IMG/VR virus record: IMGVR_UViG_3300025137_004926
Strand: one strand, 5' to 3'
DNA from: a virus
DNA: 64,000 nt
Part shown: one piece after another, positions 18,224 to 29,868 of the stretch
Layout of the letters: each line of letters starts with the position of its first letter
Position numbering within the stretch: the stretch's first letter is position 1
Position numbers and translations under genes: made by a program
The notes under the pieces: generated by a model
What the model was told of the DNA's origin: nothing
Databases searched by the model: none
What the model saw: only the letters and a program-made list of their open reading frames with translations

Positions 18224-21200
18224 ATGAGCATTAACGCACAACCATTTAGTCCTACATTTAAACTAGTTGGCAACTTGTCGGACAGCCAAATATTAGTTTA
18301 TGATGCAAGTGAAAATGCGTTTGTAAACGCAACTAATACGGGTGCATCTGGAGGCGCTGGTTTAACTTCTGTATCTAATACAGGTACTGGAGTTGGAGTA
18401 GGACAGGCAACAGGCACAGCCCTAGAATTAAAAAGTCTTATAGCCGGCACAAATTTAACAATTACAGATAATGGTCAAGCATTAGTATTTGACGTAACAG
18501 GATCTGCATCACCATCAGGTTTAACAGGCGGTACTAATTTAGGTTCTGGACTTGGTGTTATTAAAGGTGTTGATACAGGTGGAACTTCACTTGAAGCAAA
18601 AAGTATAGCAGTTGGTAGTGGACTTTCGATTGCAGAAGCAAACGATACGTTAACTATTACACTGACAGCCAGTATTAATGGCAAACTAGAAATATCAAAT
18701 AATTTAGCTGATGTGGCCGACGTTGCAACAGCAAGAACAAATCTAAGTGTATATTCAAAAGCAGAAGCAGACTCAAAATACTTAAGGGTTGACAATCATA
18801 GTGTTCCGACTGTTGATAACACATTTGATTTAGGTTCAACAACATACAGATTTAACGACATTTATGCGGAGACTTTTCAAGGTACAGCCGTACTAGCAGA
18901 AAATCTTTCTTTAACAGGTACTGCACAAGGCGATGTATTAACTTGGAACGGTTCTACTTGGGTTGCTTCACAACCTACAGGCGGTGGCGGAGGTGGAGGC
19001 GGAGGCGTCCCACAAACTCTTTCTTTAATAGGACAATCTCTTACTATATCAGGTGGGAACTCAATTACATTACCATCATATAATGATGATGACCCATTTA
19101 TAAGATTAGACCAATCAACTGTACCGACAGTAACAAATACTTTTGATATTGGTTCTTCGACATACAAATATAATGACATTTACGCTGAAACATTCCAAGG
19201 TACTGCGGTTGCGGCTGATACGCTTACAGTAACCGGTACAGCAGGACAGATTTTAACATATAACGGCAGTCAATGGATTGCGGCCGATAATGCAGGTTCA
19301 GGAGGTGGAGGAAACTCTGTACCACAAACACTTGCTTTAAACGGATCAACTCTAGCAATTTCTACAGGTAACTCTGTAGATTTATCAGGTATTGGTGGTA
19401 CAACAGATTATAACAATCTGTCAAATAAACCTACTATACCAACAGACTTATCAAACCTGACAGACACAACTAACTTGTTGACATCGGGTCAAGTAGCACA
19501 GAATTTAACATTAGCTGGAACACAACTTACGATATCAAGTGGTAACACTGTAGATTTCTCAGGTATGTTCACTGATACAGATAATCAAACATTATCTTTC
19601 GACACTAATAATAACAGATTAACCATAGCAAACGGTAACTATGTTGACCTATCATCACTATCAGGTGGTGGTGGTGGTGCATCAATACTAAACGACTTAA
19701 CAGACGTAGAAGTAGCATCAGCAGGTCACATCCCAACTAACGGTCAAGCATTAATTTGGTCGCAATCAATGGGACACTGGATGCCAGGTAGTGTATTCGA
19801 TGGAGACTATAATTCTCTATCAAATCAACCAACAATTCCTTCAAGCCAAACACTTCTATTTTCAGGTACGACCTTATCGATATCTGGAGGCAATGGAGTT
19901 GATTTATCAAGTTTATCGGGCGCAGGCGCTCAAGCACTATCTTTAGCTGGTACACAATTAAGTATCTCAGGGAGCAATACAGTAGATTTTTCTGGTATGT
20001 TCACAGATACAGATAATCAAACATTATCTTTTGATACAGGTACAAAATCATTAACAATAGCAAATGGTAACTCAGTAGACCTATCATCACTTGGTGGGTC
20101 TTCTGTGCAAACTATAGATGACTTAGATGACGTTACAGTAACAGGCACACAAGATGGTCAGTTCTTAATATACAATAATACATCAGGTGAATGGGAAAAT
20201 CAGACAGTAAATATACCTACATCTAACCAAGCACTTTCTACTACAGATAATGTACAGTTTGCAGGTATTCAATCGACAGGAACAGTTCAGGCTCAAGCAT
20301 TTGAAGGTAACATATATGATACTAACGGTAATGTTCTACTTGATAATACTAGTGGCAACGCAGGTTTCGGTGGTAATATTTCATCAAATGGTTCATCATC
20401 ATTCTCAGGTACAGTAAATTTCAATGGTGCTACAATCCAGAATTTAGATTTAGCGTTAAGTGACTTAACAAATGTAAGTTCAAGTGCTCCATCAACTGGT
20501 GAAGTTTTAAAATGGGACGGCTCGCAATGGGCGGCATCACCTGACTCAACTTCAAGTGGTGGTGCAGGAATAGCCTTAACAGATTTAAGTACTGGTGTAG
20601 GTTTACAATATAATAATGTAAGCGGCGAGTTTACATTAAATGCAGGTATAAATGACTTACTTGATGTAAGCACAGCAGGCTTAAGTGACGGACAAGTTCT
20701 AAAATGGAATGCATCAGCAAATAGATTTGAACCAGATGATGACTTAGTACTGACAAGCACAGATGCATTAGCAGAAGGTTCAACTAATCTTTACTACAGA
20801 GATTCACGTGTAGATTCAAGAATTCAAGCAACTACTAGTGATATAATCACTGAAGGTACAAACAATCTTTATTATACAGATACAAGAGTAGACCAAAGAC
20901 TAGGCTCACAACTATTACCAGGTGCAAATATTACTATCACACCAGGCGCAGGCGGTATATTAACTATCGCTTCAACAGGTGGTGGTTCAACTTATTCAGA
21001 CACAGACGCAAGAGCGGCGATTTCAGTTTCACAACAAAGTGCAAGTGGCAACGGTTCATTAACATATAGCGTAGCGACAGGTACATTCACATATACTCCA
21101 CCAAACTTATCTACTTTTAGTACGTTTAGTGGTAATTATACAGACTTGATTGGCAAACCAACAATGCCAACTAAAGTAAGTGATTTGACGAATGACACAG

Positions 21201-22654
21201 GATTTACTACATTCGATGGTAACTACGTATCTCTATCAAACAAACCAAGTATTCCAGCTGACTTAGGTGACTTAACTGATAACGCAAATTTATTAGGTAC
21301 TGCATCATCTATAGCATGGAATAACGTAACAAGCACACCATCAACATTAGCAGGCTACGGTATTACAGACTCATTCAGCGGTGCTTATAATGACTTGTCA
21401 GGTAAGCCTACAGCGATTACAGACATTAATCAGTTAACAGACTCAAACAGCTTGATACCAAGTGCATTAGGCGATTTGACTATGCCTTCTGGTAGTTCTG
21501 GGCAGGTTCTTACAACTGATGGTTCAGGCAACTTCACATTCTCTACAGTAAGTGGCGGTGGCGGATCATATGGTGACTCAGATGTTCAATCATACATGGG
21601 TGCTTTTGATTTTCATATCTTACCAGATACGACTGAGACATATGATATTGGTAGTGCAAATAAAAAGATTAGACACTTATTCTTAAGTGATACCTCATTA
21701 TACATTGGTAACAACACTCTTAATACAACAGGTTCAAACTTGATGTTTAATAGCCAAGACGTAATGGACTACACAAACATAAAGAATAAACCAACTATCC
21801 CTACAGATATCGATGACTTAGCAGATTCAGGAAACTTACTAGGTGGTACATCTTATACAGCAGGCACAGGATTACAACTAAACACTAATACATTTTCTTT
21901 AAATGCAAATTTAAGTGATTTACAAAACGTTTCATCTAACACTCCAAATACTGGTCAAATTCTTAAATGGTCAGGTTCAGAGTGGGCACCAGTTAATGAA
22001 ACAGGCGGTACACCAGACTTATCAGGTTCTTCCGTTGGAGATTTAAATGATGTTAATATTGCAGGTATCAGTACAGGCGAATTCTTAGCTTGGGATGGTA
22101 CTAAATTTGTAGCACAAGCAGGAAGTACAACTGATTTATCAAGCGAATCAATTACAGAATTATCTGATGTTTCTACAGATTCACCAAACAATGGTGATGT
22201 ACTAACATGGAATAGCAGTAATAGTGCATATGCACCAGCGGCACCGGCATCAGGCGGTGGAGGTGGCGGTGGAACTTCTACTGAGAAATTTAAATTAAAT
22301 TATGCAACTAACGGTAGTTTGAGTACAATATCAAACACTTCAAGTGGCGTAAGTGCAACAATTTTATCAACTACAGGCGGTGACGTAGAAATTACTTTCT
22401 CAGGTCATAGTTATCCGCCAGCTAATATATTAATATATGGTTATGCAAGAGGATCAAATGAATACCTTATCATGCCACTGAACAAAGATATATCAACTCG
22501 TAAAGTAGCGGGTGGTGGTTCAGCAGGTTCTCCGACAGCGTTCGGTTCACTAGGTTCGTCAGTGGTAACATTGAAACTTAGAGAAACAGATACAGGTGCT
22601 TCTCGTTCATTTGGTACTGATACTCATGCATGGATCATGTTTACAATGATGTAA
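18224..22654 (+). CDS. long tail-fibre-like protein
   Basis: 1476 aa, G/S/T-rich; repeats LxDLxDV..GQVLxW, QTLSLxGxxLxIS, YNxLSNKPTIP, TDxxxEGxxNLYY; poly-Gly hinges. Confidence 0.85.
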   Translation: MSINAQPFSPTFKLVGNLSDSQILVYDASENAFVNATNTGASGGAGLTSVSNTGTGVGVGQATGTALELKSLIAGTNLTITDNGQALVFDVTGSASPSGLTGGTNLGSGLGVIKGVDTGGTSLEAKSIAVGSGLSIAEANDTLTITLTASINGKLEISNNLADVADVATARTNLSVYSKAEADSKYLRVDNHSVPTVDNTFDLGSTTYRFNDIYAETFQGTAVLAENLSLTGTAQGDVLTWNGSTWVASQPTGGGGGGGGGVPQTLSLIGQSLTISGGNSITLPSYNDDDPFIRLDQSTVPTVTNTFDIGSSTYKYNDIYAETFQGTAVAADTLTVTGTAGQILTYNGSQWIAADNAGSGGGGNSVPQTLALNGSTLAISTGNSVDLSGIGGTTDYNNLSNKPTIPTDLSNLTDTTNLLTSGQVAQNLTLAGTQLTISSGNTVDFSGMFTDTDNQTLSFDTNNNRLTIANGNYVDLSSLSGGGGGASILNDLTDVEVASAGHIPTNGQALIWSQSMGHWMPGSVFDGDYNSLSNQPTIPSSQTLLFSGTTLSISGGNGVDLSSLSGAGAQALSLAGTQLSISGSNTVDFSGMFTDTDNQTLSFDTGTKSLTIANGNSVDLSSLGGSSVQTIDDLDDVTVTGTQDGQFLIYNNTSGEWENQTVNIPTSNQALSTTDNVQFAGIQSTGTVQAQAFEGNIYDTNGNVLLDNTSGNAGFGGNISSNGSSSFSGTVNFNGATIQNLDLALSDLTNVSSSAPSTGEVLKWDGSQWAASPDSTSSGGAGIALTDLSTGVGLQYNNVSGEFTLNAGINDLLDVSTAGLSDGQVLKWNASANRFEPDDDLVLTSTDALAEGSTNLYYRDSRVDSRIQATTSDIITEGTNNLYYTDTRVDQRLGSQLLPGANITITPGAGGILTIASTGGGSTYSDTDARAAISVSQQSASGNGSLTYSVATGTFTYTPPNLSTFSTFSGNYTDLIGKPTMPTKVSDLTNDTGFTTFDGNYVSLSNKPSIPADLGDLTDNANLLGTASSIAWNNVTSTPSTLAGYGITDSFSGAYNDLSGKPTAITDINQLTDSNSLIPSALGDLTMPSGSSGQVLTTDGSGNFTFSTVSGGGGSYGDSDVQSYMGAFDFHILPDTTETYDIGSANKKIRHLFLSDTSLYIGNNTLNTTGSNLMFNSQDVMDYTNIKNKPTIPTDIDDLADSGNLLGGTSYTAGTGLQLNTNTFSLNANLSDLQNVSSNTPNTGQILKWSGSEWAPVNETGGTPDLSGSSVGDLNDVNIAGISTGEFLAWDGTKFVAQAGSTTDLSSESITELSDVSTDSPNNGDVLTWNSSNSAYAPAAPASGGGGGGGTSTEKFKLNYATNGSLSTISNTSSGVSATILSTTGGDVEITFSGHSYPPANILIYGYARGSNEYLIMPLNKDISTRKVAGGGSAGSPTAFGSLGSSVVTLKLRETDTGASRSFGTDTHAWIMFTMM

Positions 22655-22671
22655 GAATAGGAATACTTTGA

Positions 22672-24717
22672 ATGGCGATTAATTATAAGACTAGTGCAAT
22701 CGACCTAAACGTCCCGGCTAAAGTTCTTCCCTGTAACGTCTTATCAGCAACTCCATTAGCTAATTGGGAGTATGATGATGGAAAAGGGGATCCGTGGTGG
22801 TCAGGTGGCGGTAACGCCAAATCCTATAGATGGGAAATAAGCATGACTGTAACAACAATACAGCATGGTTCTCATTTAACAAGAACACCAAGACAGTTTA
22901 ACGGTTATGATATTGTAGTAGGTGATTTTATCGCAGGTGCAACTGACGGTCGTGCATTGCAAATTGTAAGTATTTCATCAAAAACAGCATTCACAATAAC
23001 ATGTCAAGTAGAAGATAGACTAAGATACAATACATTTAGAAGTGCATCAGGTACAGGTATATTTAACGTACCAGGTGGTGCAGTAGTATTTCAAATTAAT
23101 GAAGAAGGTGATCCTATGTTGGATCCACTTCCAACTGGTATTGTTTCAAGTGACTTCTACGCAAATGTTAACTCACGTTTCAAATATCTAAACCCTCAGA
23201 TGAACTATGTACTTGAACAACCTAGTAATACATTCGAAGAAGGTGATGTAATTTGTATGAATTCATCAACAGGTGCATTTGAATTAGCGGCTCCAGGCAA
23301 TATTTCAAGATTAGTTGGAACTGTGACACATCCAGGTTTAGGTCCAAATAGATTTTTATTAAGACCAGCTAATGGTGTTATTGATTTTGTTCCAGGGTTA
23401 CCAGGAAATAAAGGTGACTTTGTTTATCCTGCAGTTGATGGTTCAGGAGATTTAACTCTAACAGATACAGGTGTTGCTATTTTTTTAAAATTAGTAGATG
23501 CAGTTCCTAGTATTACACGTGGTACTGTAATTAATGGACAAGCTACAGCAGGCGACACCATGAATGTTAACGGTGAAGATGTTGTTTTTATAACAAGTAG
23601 TCTAGGTAATGTATCAGTTCAAAATGCAGTTACAGATATTAATGCAAAAACATCAGACCATAAAGTAACAGCATCAGCAAGCCCAGCCCCAAATGAAATA
23701 ACATCAGATATTAACACATATGGTTCGGCATACGGTCTTATTGGTGGTTTTGCACCGTTCTCAGCTTCAATCAATGGCTCAGTAATAAACTTTAGTACGA
23801 CAGCGGCAGGACAAGCCGCATATGGTATGGCGGTTGCTATTGCAGACGATATGGCCGCAGATATTAATGCGGCAGGTATTACTGATATTACAGCATCAGT
23901 AAATTCAGGTAACTTAGTTATAAGTCAAGCACAAGGTAGTGCTATCACCATCGTTAATACAACACCGGATGCAAATAATAATAACTTTGCGGGCATGAAT
24001 TCATGTGCATCATTAGGACTAACTTATGCAGGTAGTTCTAACGTTTTTGTTCTTCAACTAGAAAGACAAGATGGTGGTGAAATTATAATACAAGACTCTG
24101 TAGGTTCAAGTACTACTGACTTTGGAATTTTAAGTGGACATACAGGTTCATATGCTGTTGGTCTTAATGTTGAACAAGGTGTTCGTAAAGCAGGAACTAC
24201 AGTTGTTTCTACTATAGCGGCACGTGACGCTATTCCAGTTAAATTGTCAGGTGATAGCGTTTATATTCTTGACACTGGACAAGGTGAATGGGCGATGCAC
24301 GTATGGGATGGGACACAATGGAATATTGTTGCCACACAAGATAGTGCGTCCACAGATGCAAACTCTTTATCACACACATATACAATGCCAAGTTCATCAT
24401 TTGGTACTACAGAAGTTGTAACTCTAGGTCGTATATCAGATAACTCTAGGGTTGTAAGCGTTCTTGTAGAAGTTGTTACACCATTAACAGGTTATGCTGG
24501 AGGACCTAATAATTTAGTACCATCATTAGAAATAGGTACAGTAGCAGAACCGGATAGATTTATGACAGAAGACCAGAATGATATCGAAGGTACAGGTTCA
24601 TATACTACAACTCCAGATTTTCATTATGCGGGCGCAACTGAATTAGAGATTAAATGTTCAATGGAACACTTAAATGCAACTGCTGGCCAAGTAAAAGTCA
24701 CAGTAACATACGTATAA
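22672..24717 (+). CDS. virion structural / fibre-associated protein
   Basis: Beta-rich 681 aa; C-terminal domain resembles that of the 24931 protein. Confidence 0.75.
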   Translation: MAINYKTSAIDLNVPAKVLPCNVLSATPLANWEYDDGKGDPWWSGGGNAKSYRWEISMTVTTIQHGSHLTRTPRQFNGYDIVVGDFIAGATDGRALQIVSISSKTAFTITCQVEDRLRYNTFRSASGTGIFNVPGGAVVFQINEEGDPMLDPLPTGIVSSDFYANVNSRFKYLNPQMNYVLEQPSNTFEEGDVICMNSSTGAFELAAPGNISRLVGTVTHPGLGPNRFLLRPANGVIDFVPGLPGNKGDFVYPAVDGSGDLTLTDTGVAIFLKLVDAVPSITRGTVINGQATAGDTMNVNGEDVVFITSSLGNVSVQNAVTDINAKTSDHKVTASASPAPNEITSDINTYGSAYGLIGGFAPFSASINGSVINFSTTAAGQAAYGMAVAIADDMAADINAAGITDITASVNSGNLVISQAQGSAITIVNTTPDANNNNFAGMNSCASLGLTYAGSSNVFVLQLERQDGGEIIIQDSVGSSTTDFGILSGHTGSYAVGLNVEQGVRKAGTTVVSTIAARDAIPVKLSGDSVYILDTGQGEWAMHVWDGTQWNIVATQDSASTDANSLSHTYTMPSSSFGTTEVVTLGRISDNSRVVSVLVEVVTPLTGYAGGPNNLVPSLEIGTVAEPDRFMTEDQNDIEGTGSYTTTPDFHYAGATELEIKCSMEHLNATAGQVKVTVTYV

Positions 24718-24746
24718 ACTACGCATAAAACACACTTCACCAAACA

Positions 24747-24754
24747 GCTAAATA
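24747..24754 (+). promoter_or_regulatory. late promoter variant GCTAAATA
   Basis: One mismatch to GATAAATA; ~175 nt upstream of the 1593-aa gene. Confidence 0.5.
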
Positions 24755-24930
24755 CAATCAGTAAGAGTTTTACCGGTCTTAATGACTGATGTTCTTAATC
24801 TTTTACCATTACTGATGTTTCTTCCGGTAATCACATTTCAATAAAATTGAGAAAATATAGATGGGCGTATTGTATATTCAATATTATGCGTCTTAACCTT
24901 AAAAGCTAATATTTCTAAGGAGAAACTAAA

Positions 24931-27900
24931 ATGGCTGACATTAAAAACTTTGGTATCCGTGGTATTGGTGCTGACGTTCAGTTCGGTAAGTCGGGCGGTC
25001 GTGTTGTATATGATTCAGGTAATTCCCTGTTCAAAGTAACAACTGACGGTACTACACTTGGCAACATGAACGTGGCAACACCTACATCGGATAACCATGC
25101 GGCAAATAAAAGCTATGTTGACTCAGTAGCGGCCGGTCTTGACGTAAAAGACTCGGTACGTGTTGCGACAACTGGCTCCGTCACAATTGGAACTCCGGCG
25201 TCTACAATAGACGGCGTGAATCTAAGTGCTGGCGATAGAATCCTTGTAAAGGATCAAACAACTCAAAGCGAAAACGGCATTTACGCCTATGACTCAAGTG
25301 GACTAACAAGAACATCTGACATGGACGAAGCTGGCGAATTCGTAGGTGCATTCTTCTTTGTTGAAGAAGGTACTGTAAACTCAGACCAAGGTTACGTTAT
25401 GACTTCTGATGGCCCAATTACAGTTGGTTCATCAAACATCGTATTCACTAAATTTACTGGTACAGGCCAAATCACAGCTGGTGACGCCTTATCAAAATCA
25501 GGTAATACACTAAACGTAAACGTTGATGGTACTTACATTATGGTTAATGGTTCAGACGAACTAACAATCAAAGGTACTACAACAACTGGTCAATCACTAT
25601 TATCAGATGGTTCAGGCGGCGTAGCTTATGGCTCAGTTGACCTAACATCATCAGATGCAGTGTCAGGTGCTCTAGGCTTAGCCAATGGTGGCTTAGGTGT
25701 AGATGCATCACAAACATCAGGTAAAGGTACTGCAAGAACAAACTTGGGTCTTGGATCAATTTCAACTCAAGATGCTAACGCAGTAGCAATCACTGGTGGT
25801 ACTGTAGACCTATCAGGTGGTACATTAACTCTAGCAAACGACCAATTATCAGGTGACGTTATTTCTGGTGGTACAATCGACGGTGCTTCACTACAAGGTG
25901 GCGCTGGCGTAACTATCTCTCAGTTTGATGTAACTGTAGGTGCTGGTAAAACACTAGACGTTGACGGAACACTAGACGTAGACGGTGCGGCAGGTTCAGC
26001 AATGGACAACGTAATCATCGGTGCAACAACATCGGCGGCAGGTACATTCTCAACAATGGCAACTGATGCGGCTGATATTAACGGTGGTAACATTGATGCA
26101 ACAGTTATTGGTGCTACAACGGCGGCGAATGCCACTTTTGCAGATGCTAACGTAACTGGTACTCTAAAAGTTGACGAAATTGAAGCGTACACTACAAATG
26201 GCGACATTACTTTCAACTCACTAATCGTTACAACACAAGGTATTAACGTTGCTGGTGCAGGCATCTCAGGTGCAGGTTCAACAACAACTGATACTCTAAA
26301 CGTTGACACAATTAATGAAAAAACTGTAGGTAATGGTGTTACTGTAGATGGCGTAGTACTAAAAGATGCTGGCGTAGCCGCAACTGGTACTTCAACATTC
26401 TCAGACGCAACATTAACAACTGCCGATATTAACGGTGGTACAGTAGATGCAACTATTATTGGTGCAACTACATCAGCGGCTGGTACGTTCTCAACTATGA
26501 CTACAGCAGGTGCGGCAATTTCAGGCGGCACAATCGCAGGTACGGCAATCGATATGACTGGTCAAACTTTGACTTTTGATAACGATGCTATCTCAGGTGA
26601 TAAAATCGATGGCGGAACAATTTCAGACTTCGCTTCAACAGGTATCGATGACAACGCAACATCTACACAGGTAACTGTAGCAGATGCTGGTGTAACATTC
26701 GGTGCAGACGTTACAGTAACTGGTGACTTAACAGTTAACGGTACTTTAACATCAATCAATACAACAAACACTGAAATCACTGACAACTCAATCGTTTTAA
26801 ACAACGGTGAATCAGGTGCAGGCGTAACAGCCGGTACAGCTGGTCTTGAGATTGACAGAGGTACAGCCGACAATGCGACATTCCAGTGGAATGAGACAGA
26901 TGACGTTTTTGAACTAAAAGTAGGTACTGCACTAGCAGACTTGCGTATTGGTGCTCAAGCAATGGACTCAATCTCAGTTGATAACATCGGTGAACTAACA
27001 AATGGTGCAGGCATTACATTTGATAATGCTGTAACAGGTTCAGATGCAACGTTCTCTGGTTCAGTTTCAGTAGATACTATTAGTGAAAACTCAGTAGGTA
27101 ACGGTGTTGGAATCGATGGTGCATCTATTAAAGACGGTGTTCTAACTGGTGGCGTAACTCTAGGCGGATCGGACACAGCAGATTTATCAGCTGGTACGCT
27201 AACTCTAGCAAACGACCAAATCTCAGGTGACAAAATTGAAGGTGGTACAATTAATGCTATCACAATCAATACAATGACATCTGGTACAGTAGATATCGAC
27301 GGCGGTGCAATCGACGGAACAACAATCGGTGGTGGTACATCAGCGGCTGGTACGTTCTCAACATTAACTTCTGACTCAGTTGACTTAAATGGCGGTGCTA
27401 TTGACGGCGCAATAATTGGTGCAAACGCATCAGCGGCGGCAACTTTCACAACTATGGCAACAGACAGTGCAGATATCAACGGTGGCGCTATTGATGGTAC
27501 AATTATCGGTGGTACAACTCCAGCGGCAGTAACAGCTTCAACGCTAAATTCTGCTAACGCACAAATCACAGGTGGTGCAATTACAGGTGCAAACTTGACT
27601 TCATCAGTTGTTGATTTTGACGGTGGTAATATCGATGCAACAGTAATAGGTTCAGCAACTTCGGCGGCTGGTACTTTCTCTACTCTAACATCAAATAACG
27701 TAACACTAACAGGCGGTTCAGCTTCATTGGCTACAGTAACAGCGACAAACCTAAACTCAGGTAACGCTACAATTACTGGTGGTTCAGTTGCAGGTACGGA
27801 CGTTGACATGAGTGGTCAAACTCTAACATTAGATGCTGACTCAATCAATGGCGACAAAGTACACGGTGGCTCAATCTCAGCGGCTAACTTAGCTGGTACA

Positions 27901-29712
27901 ACAGGTAACACTATCGGCGGTTATGACATCACAGTTGGTGCAGGCAAAACTTTAGACGTATCTTCAGGTACTCTAACTCTTGCGGCTGACCAAATCTCTG
28001 GTGACTCTATCGACGGTGGAACTATCTCTGACTTTGCTTCAACAGGTATTGATGATAATGCTACAGCAACTAAAATCACATTAGATGATACAGATGCTAC
28101 ATTCGGTGTTAACATTGATGCAGGTGCAAATACGCTTGACGCAGGCGCTTCAACTCTAGCTTCATTGACAGTTACAGGCAATGCAGTTGTAAACGGTGAC
28201 TTAACAGTTTCAGGTTCAGTAACTACTACTCTATCAGAAACAGTAAACATCGAAGACAACACTATTGTTTTAAACTCAAATGAAACTGGTGCTCCATCAC
28301 AAGACGGTGGTATCGAAGTAAATCGTGGTACTTCTGACAATGCGGCTATCAACTGGAACGAAACAACAGACCGTTGGGAAGCAAAAGTTGGTTCAACACT
28401 AGCAGACGTATCAGTTAATGATATGGTAGTTAACGAAATCACACTAGCTAACGCTCTTCCATTAGACATGGGTGGTACGCATACTGATACTTCAAGTTTT
28501 GCGGCATCATCACTAATGACTATGGACGGCTCAGGTGGCGTGACTGAAATGGCTAAAGGCGCTAACTCAACAGTACTTAAAGTAAATGGTTCTGGTGCGT
28601 TAGGTTATGCTCAAGTTGATTTAACAACAGACGTTACTGGTACAATGCCAATCGCTAATGGTGGTACAGGTATAACTTCTGCAGGTTCAGACAACAAAGT
28701 AATGACATCAGACGGTTCAGCACTTGCAATGGAATACATCCAGCAAGTACGTAACTCATCAGGTGTTAAAGTTGTAGATGCGGCTAACGCCTCATCAGGA
28801 ACAGCAGAATTCCTAGACTTAACTAACGCGGCAGGCAAGTTAACACTTACAGCCAAAAACGCATCAGGTTCAGGCGCAGTAGATATGTATCTACAAGGTC
28901 AGAACGGTGGTGACGTATTCATCGTAGGTCAATCAGGTGAAGCCTTAATTCAAGGTGAAGCAGATACAGACTTAACAGTAGCAGGTGGTGATTCATCAGC
29001 TGGTGCGGCCGGTGACTTGGTACTTAAAGGTGGTAACGGTTCAGCTAACGGTGCCTCAGGTGCAGTTGTTATCAAAGGCGGTAACGGCGGTTCAGCAGAC
29101 GGTAACGTTCAACTTATGAGTGCAGATGACGAAGCTATCGCTACATTTACTGCTACAGCAAGTGCAGTTGATAACTTTGAATTCCACAATGGTACTGGCG
29201 GTGTAGAACTTCATTCAGAAGGTACTACAGCGGACATTAACATTACACTAGCACCAAAAGGTGACGGTCTTGTATTAGCTCCAGGTTCATACGACATGTC
29301 AGGTGGCGGAAACAAAGCATTCGCAACCAAAGACTATGTTGATGGCGCGGCGGCTGGTTCCGTTGACTTTGGTGTACGTAGAGTGGCATTCGCGGCGAAC
29401 GGTTCTTCATCGTTTGCTATCGGTACTGTAGCTAACGTTTCAGGCAAATCTTACTACGTTTCTAGAATCACTGTTAAAGTGACTACAGCATTCGTAGGTG
29501 CAGACGAACTAACTATCTCAGATGGTTCAGCTACACTAGTAGGAGTAAATGACGTGGATCTATCAGACGGTGGAATCTATGTTATGGATCTTGGTTTTGA
29601 AACAGCAACAGCAGGTGGTTCAACACTAACAGCATCTATCGGTAACGGTGGATCAAGTGCTTCACCATCAACTGGTAATGTTATCGTAACAGCGGAGTAC
29701 AAGCAAATCTAA
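24931..29712 (+). CDS. very long fibre / filament-like virion protein
   Basis: 1593 aa; PTSDNHAANKSYVD and DVKDSVRVATT..IDGV.L..GDRILVKDQ fibre motifs; many GGxIDxTxIGxTTxAAGTFST repeats; AAGGAG RBS; strong terminator after. Confidence 0.85.
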   Translation: MADIKNFGIRGIGADVQFGKSGGRVVYDSGNSLFKVTTDGTTLGNMNVATPTSDNHAANKSYVDSVAAGLDVKDSVRVATTGSVTIGTPASTIDGVNLSAGDRILVKDQTTQSENGIYAYDSSGLTRTSDMDEAGEFVGAFFFVEEGTVNSDQGYVMTSDGPITVGSSNIVFTKFTGTGQITAGDALSKSGNTLNVNVDGTYIMVNGSDELTIKGTTTTGQSLLSDGSGGVAYGSVDLTSSDAVSGALGLANGGLGVDASQTSGKGTARTNLGLGSISTQDANAVAITGGTVDLSGGTLTLANDQLSGDVISGGTIDGASLQGGAGVTISQFDVTVGAGKTLDVDGTLDVDGAAGSAMDNVIIGATTSAAGTFSTMATDAADINGGNIDATVIGATTAANATFADANVTGTLKVDEIEAYTTNGDITFNSLIVTTQGINVAGAGISGAGSTTTDTLNVDTINEKTVGNGVTVDGVVLKDAGVAATGTSTFSDATLTTADINGGTVDATIIGATTSAAGTFSTMTTAGAAISGGTIAGTAIDMTGQTLTFDNDAISGDKIDGGTISDFASTGIDDNATSTQVTVADAGVTFGADVTVTGDLTVNGTLTSINTTNTEITDNSIVLNNGESGAGVTAGTAGLEIDRGTADNATFQWNETDDVFELKVGTALADLRIGAQAMDSISVDNIGELTNGAGITFDNAVTGSDATFSGSVSVDTISENSVGNGVGIDGASIKDGVLTGGVTLGGSDTADLSAGTLTLANDQISGDKIEGGTINAITINTMTSGTVDIDGGAIDGTTIGGGTSAAGTFSTLTSDSVDLNGGAIDGAIIGANASAAATFTTMATDSADINGGAIDGTIIGGTTPAAVTASTLNSANAQITGGAITGANLTSSVVDFDGGNIDATVIGSATSAAGTFSTLTSNNVTLTGGSASLATVTATNLNSGNATITGGSVAGTDVDMSGQTLTLDADSINGDKVHGGSISAANLAGTTGNTIGGYDITVGAGKTLDVSSGTLTLAADQISGDSIDGGTISDFASTGIDDNATATKITLDDTDATFGVNIDAGANTLDAGASTLASLTVTGNAVVNGDLTVSGSVTTTLSETVNIEDNTIVLNSNETGAPSQDGGIEVNRGTSDNAAINWNETTDRWEAKVGSTLADVSVNDMVVNEITLANALPLDMGGTHTDTSSFAASSLMTMDGSGGVTEMAKGANSTVLKVNGSGALGYAQVDLTTDVTGTMPIANGGTGITSAGSDNKVMTSDGSALAMEYIQQVRNSSGVKVVDAANASSGTAEFLDLTNAAGKLTLTAKNASGSGAVDMYLQGQNGGDVFIVGQSGEALIQGEADTDLTVAGGDSSAGAAGDLVLKGGNGSANGASGAVVIKGGNGGSADGNVQLMSADDEAIATFTATASAVDNFEFHNGTGGVELHSEGTTADINITLAPKGDGLVLAPGSYDMSGGGNKAFATKDYVDGAAAGSVDFGVRRVAFAANGSSSFAIGTVANVSGKSYYVSRITVKVTTAFVGADELTISDGSATLVGVNDVDLSDGGIYVMDLGFETATAGGSTLTASIGNGGSSASPSTGNVIVTAEYKQI

Positions 29713-29738
29713 TTTGTTTAATACTTAGTATACACATT

Positions 29739-29769
29739 GAGAGAGCCGAGAAATCGGCTCTCTTTTTTT
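29739..29769 (+). terminator. intrinsic terminator
   Basis: GAGAGAGCCGA-GAAA-TCGGCTCTCTT then T-run. Confidence 0.9.
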
Positions 29770-29791
29770 ACCTCTGCAATTCCACAATAAA

Positions 29792-29799
29792 GATAAATA
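29792..29799 (+). promoter_or_regulatory. late promoter GATAAATA
   Basis: Motif match; leader contains hairpin CAGTGA-GAAA-TCACTG (29825-29840). Confidence 0.65.
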
Positions 29800-29868
29800 G
29801 ATAAGTAACAATATAACTTAACGACAGTGAGAAATCACTGACTTTAAAAACAGAACGTTGAGGAAGAC

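Noticed and set aside
25920-28856. Several long minus-strand ORFs
   Set aside because: Antisense shadows of the codon-biased repetitive fibre gene; no RBS or promoter
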